From Hypanus sabinus (Eukaryota): a stretch of DNA of 64,000 nucleotides. Numbering within the stretch: position 1 is the stretch's first letter; every line of letters starts with the position of its first letter. The notes beneath the pieces were generated by a model. It was not told where the DNA came from. It worked only from the letters and a program-made list of their open reading frames with translations, and did no database searches. Below are positions 62,480 to 64,000 of the stretch, in pieces. The stretch is from assembly GCF_030144855.1 (NCBI RefSeq), contig NC_082730.1:3782001-3846000 (forward strand), written 5' to 3'. Made by a program: the position numbers and the translations under genes.

Positions 62480-62760
62480 TTTTCTAAATTTCAGTGAGTA
62501 CAGGCCCCGAGTGGTTCCTGAACCTGGTGGTGTGGAACCTGAGGTCCATACCTCCGTTCCAACAGCAGCAATGAAAGGAGATAACGGACTGGATGGTAGG
62601 GGTCCCTGATGATGCATGTTGCTTTCTTGTAGCAGTGCTCCTTGTAGATCTGCTCAGTGGTAGGGAGGGGTTTTCTTGTGATGGACTGGACCGTATCCAC
62701 CACTTCATTTCAGCTTTTCTCTTCCTTTGATCAGGACTGTGGTGATGAGATTAAAGATTA
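62480..62760 (-). mobile_element. Rex1/Babar LINE 3' fragment
   Basis: Minus frame gives QSITRKPLPTTEQIYKEHC..IIRDPYHP..LLLLERRY. Confidence 0.7.
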
Positions 62761-63669
62761 GTCATAGTCTCATTGAAGGGGGAGCAGGGACAAGGGGACA
62801 AAAATCCTTTTGTTTTTATTGTTCTTACTTGGTGTGAGGTGACATTCTGACATCAGTCAGTCCTCTCTTGACGTCGAGCGCTGTGGCTTTCTGCCTGTGA
62901 TCACACCTCTGTATTTCAGCTTTTGCACAACATGTACTTTCTTGTCAACTGCTCCTCACAACGTACTGACTAGGAGGGGAAGCTTTGTGCAACGCATCAG
63001 CGTCTATACTGTTCCGTGAGAACAATGAACACCAGGCATCTGCTAATCTCCTGCTGGCTAACTCTCTGCACCTCACTCCGTAAGTTTGATTCAGAGCAAG
63101 TCTTTGTCTTTAAAATCCTTCTCTCCAGGTTCTCTGTTACTTTCTGGACTGGGGCATTTCTTGGTCCCACAGTACTACAGCAAGGAGAGTGTAGGTTGGG
63201 CACAGTGAAGCACAAGTTTGACATAGAGAGCAGGAAAAGCTTGGTTACTTGTGGGTATTAGGACAGAGGATTGGCTCATACTGTAGCCATAGAACCATCC
63301 TGCGGCTAATTCTGGAAACGGAGCTTGAAAAACAGGTATCAGTTTTCATATCCATGAATAAATCATGAAAACATTTTATTCCCTTTGTTTTCCATAAAAG
63401 CTTGATCAATTCTTGATGGTTGAAAGAAAAAAAATAGATATAATAGAACTTGACAGGATAAATTTATTCAAACCAAAAAATTTACAAAATTGAAACCATA
63501 CTCATATTGTATGTTAAATTATTGGATATATCAGTTGTTTATTCAATTTAGTAAGTGCAAAGGGAAATGGAGCCCCTAAAATAGAAGCCAGTGAAAACCC
63601 CTGTTCAGACTCCTACTTGAGTTTCATCCATTGTGGACATCGGGCTTCACCCAGCTCTTGTGTCCAAAA

Positions 63670-64000
63670 CATCAATATAGAATCTTAATTGCCCAATAAT
63701 AAAATATAAGATTCAGCAAAGCCAAACCACCTACCTGTTTTGATTTCTGTAAATATTTCTTACTTAATCTGGGATTTCCATTCTGCCATATATATGAAGA
63801 CATTTTAGAATCAATGATATCATAAAAAAGATTTAGGAATGAAAATTGATACCACCTGAAATAGATATAGAAATTTAGGTAAAATAATAATCTTAATAGC
63901 ATTAATTCGACCAATCAAAGATAAGGATAATGGGGACCATATAGTAAACAGTTGTTTAACATGATCAATTAAGGGTAAAAATTGATTTTAAATAGATCCT
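63670..64000 (-). mobile_element. L1/Tx1-clade LINE ORF2 fragment
   Basis: SSYIWQNGNPRLSKKYLQKSKQVGGLALLNLIFYYWA matches the L1 ORF2 post-RT GGLxLPN..YYWA motif. Confidence 0.75.

Overview
Eukaryotic, repeat-rich vertebrate DNA. The repeat landscape (CR1 with esterase ORF1, Rex1/Babar, Penelope, V-SINE-like SINEs, 58-bp and 32-bp minisatellites) suggests a cartilaginous fish, probably a ray; that is inference. The window holds a small cluster of CD2/SLAM-type Ig-superfamily receptor genes, which I reconstructed by hand from splice sites. Gene A (+) has a V exon at 893-1213, a C2 exon at 10561-10848, a TM exon at 11682-11780 and a probable short-tail exon at 12380-12429; its leader exon lies upstream of the window. 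Gene B (-) has a leader exon at 51955-52006 and a V exon at 42844-43164. No C2 exon was found for B; downstream lie a damaged TM exon (36849-36981) and a candidate tail exon (36537-36607) that together rebuild an ITAM-like YRNI-x7-YSLV motif. Remnant C (+) is a pseudogenised C2 exon (~60440-60730) and TM exon (~61582-61700) with no V exon found. There is also an inverted V-exon-end fragment at ~340-540. B (leader, V, 5' half of the intron) and C (3' half of the intron, C2, TM) look like complementary halves of one paralog in opposite orientations, which suggests an inversion. The rest is decayed transposable elements, minisatellites and one assembly gap (48559-48910). Most ORFs in the supplied track are repeat artefacts.
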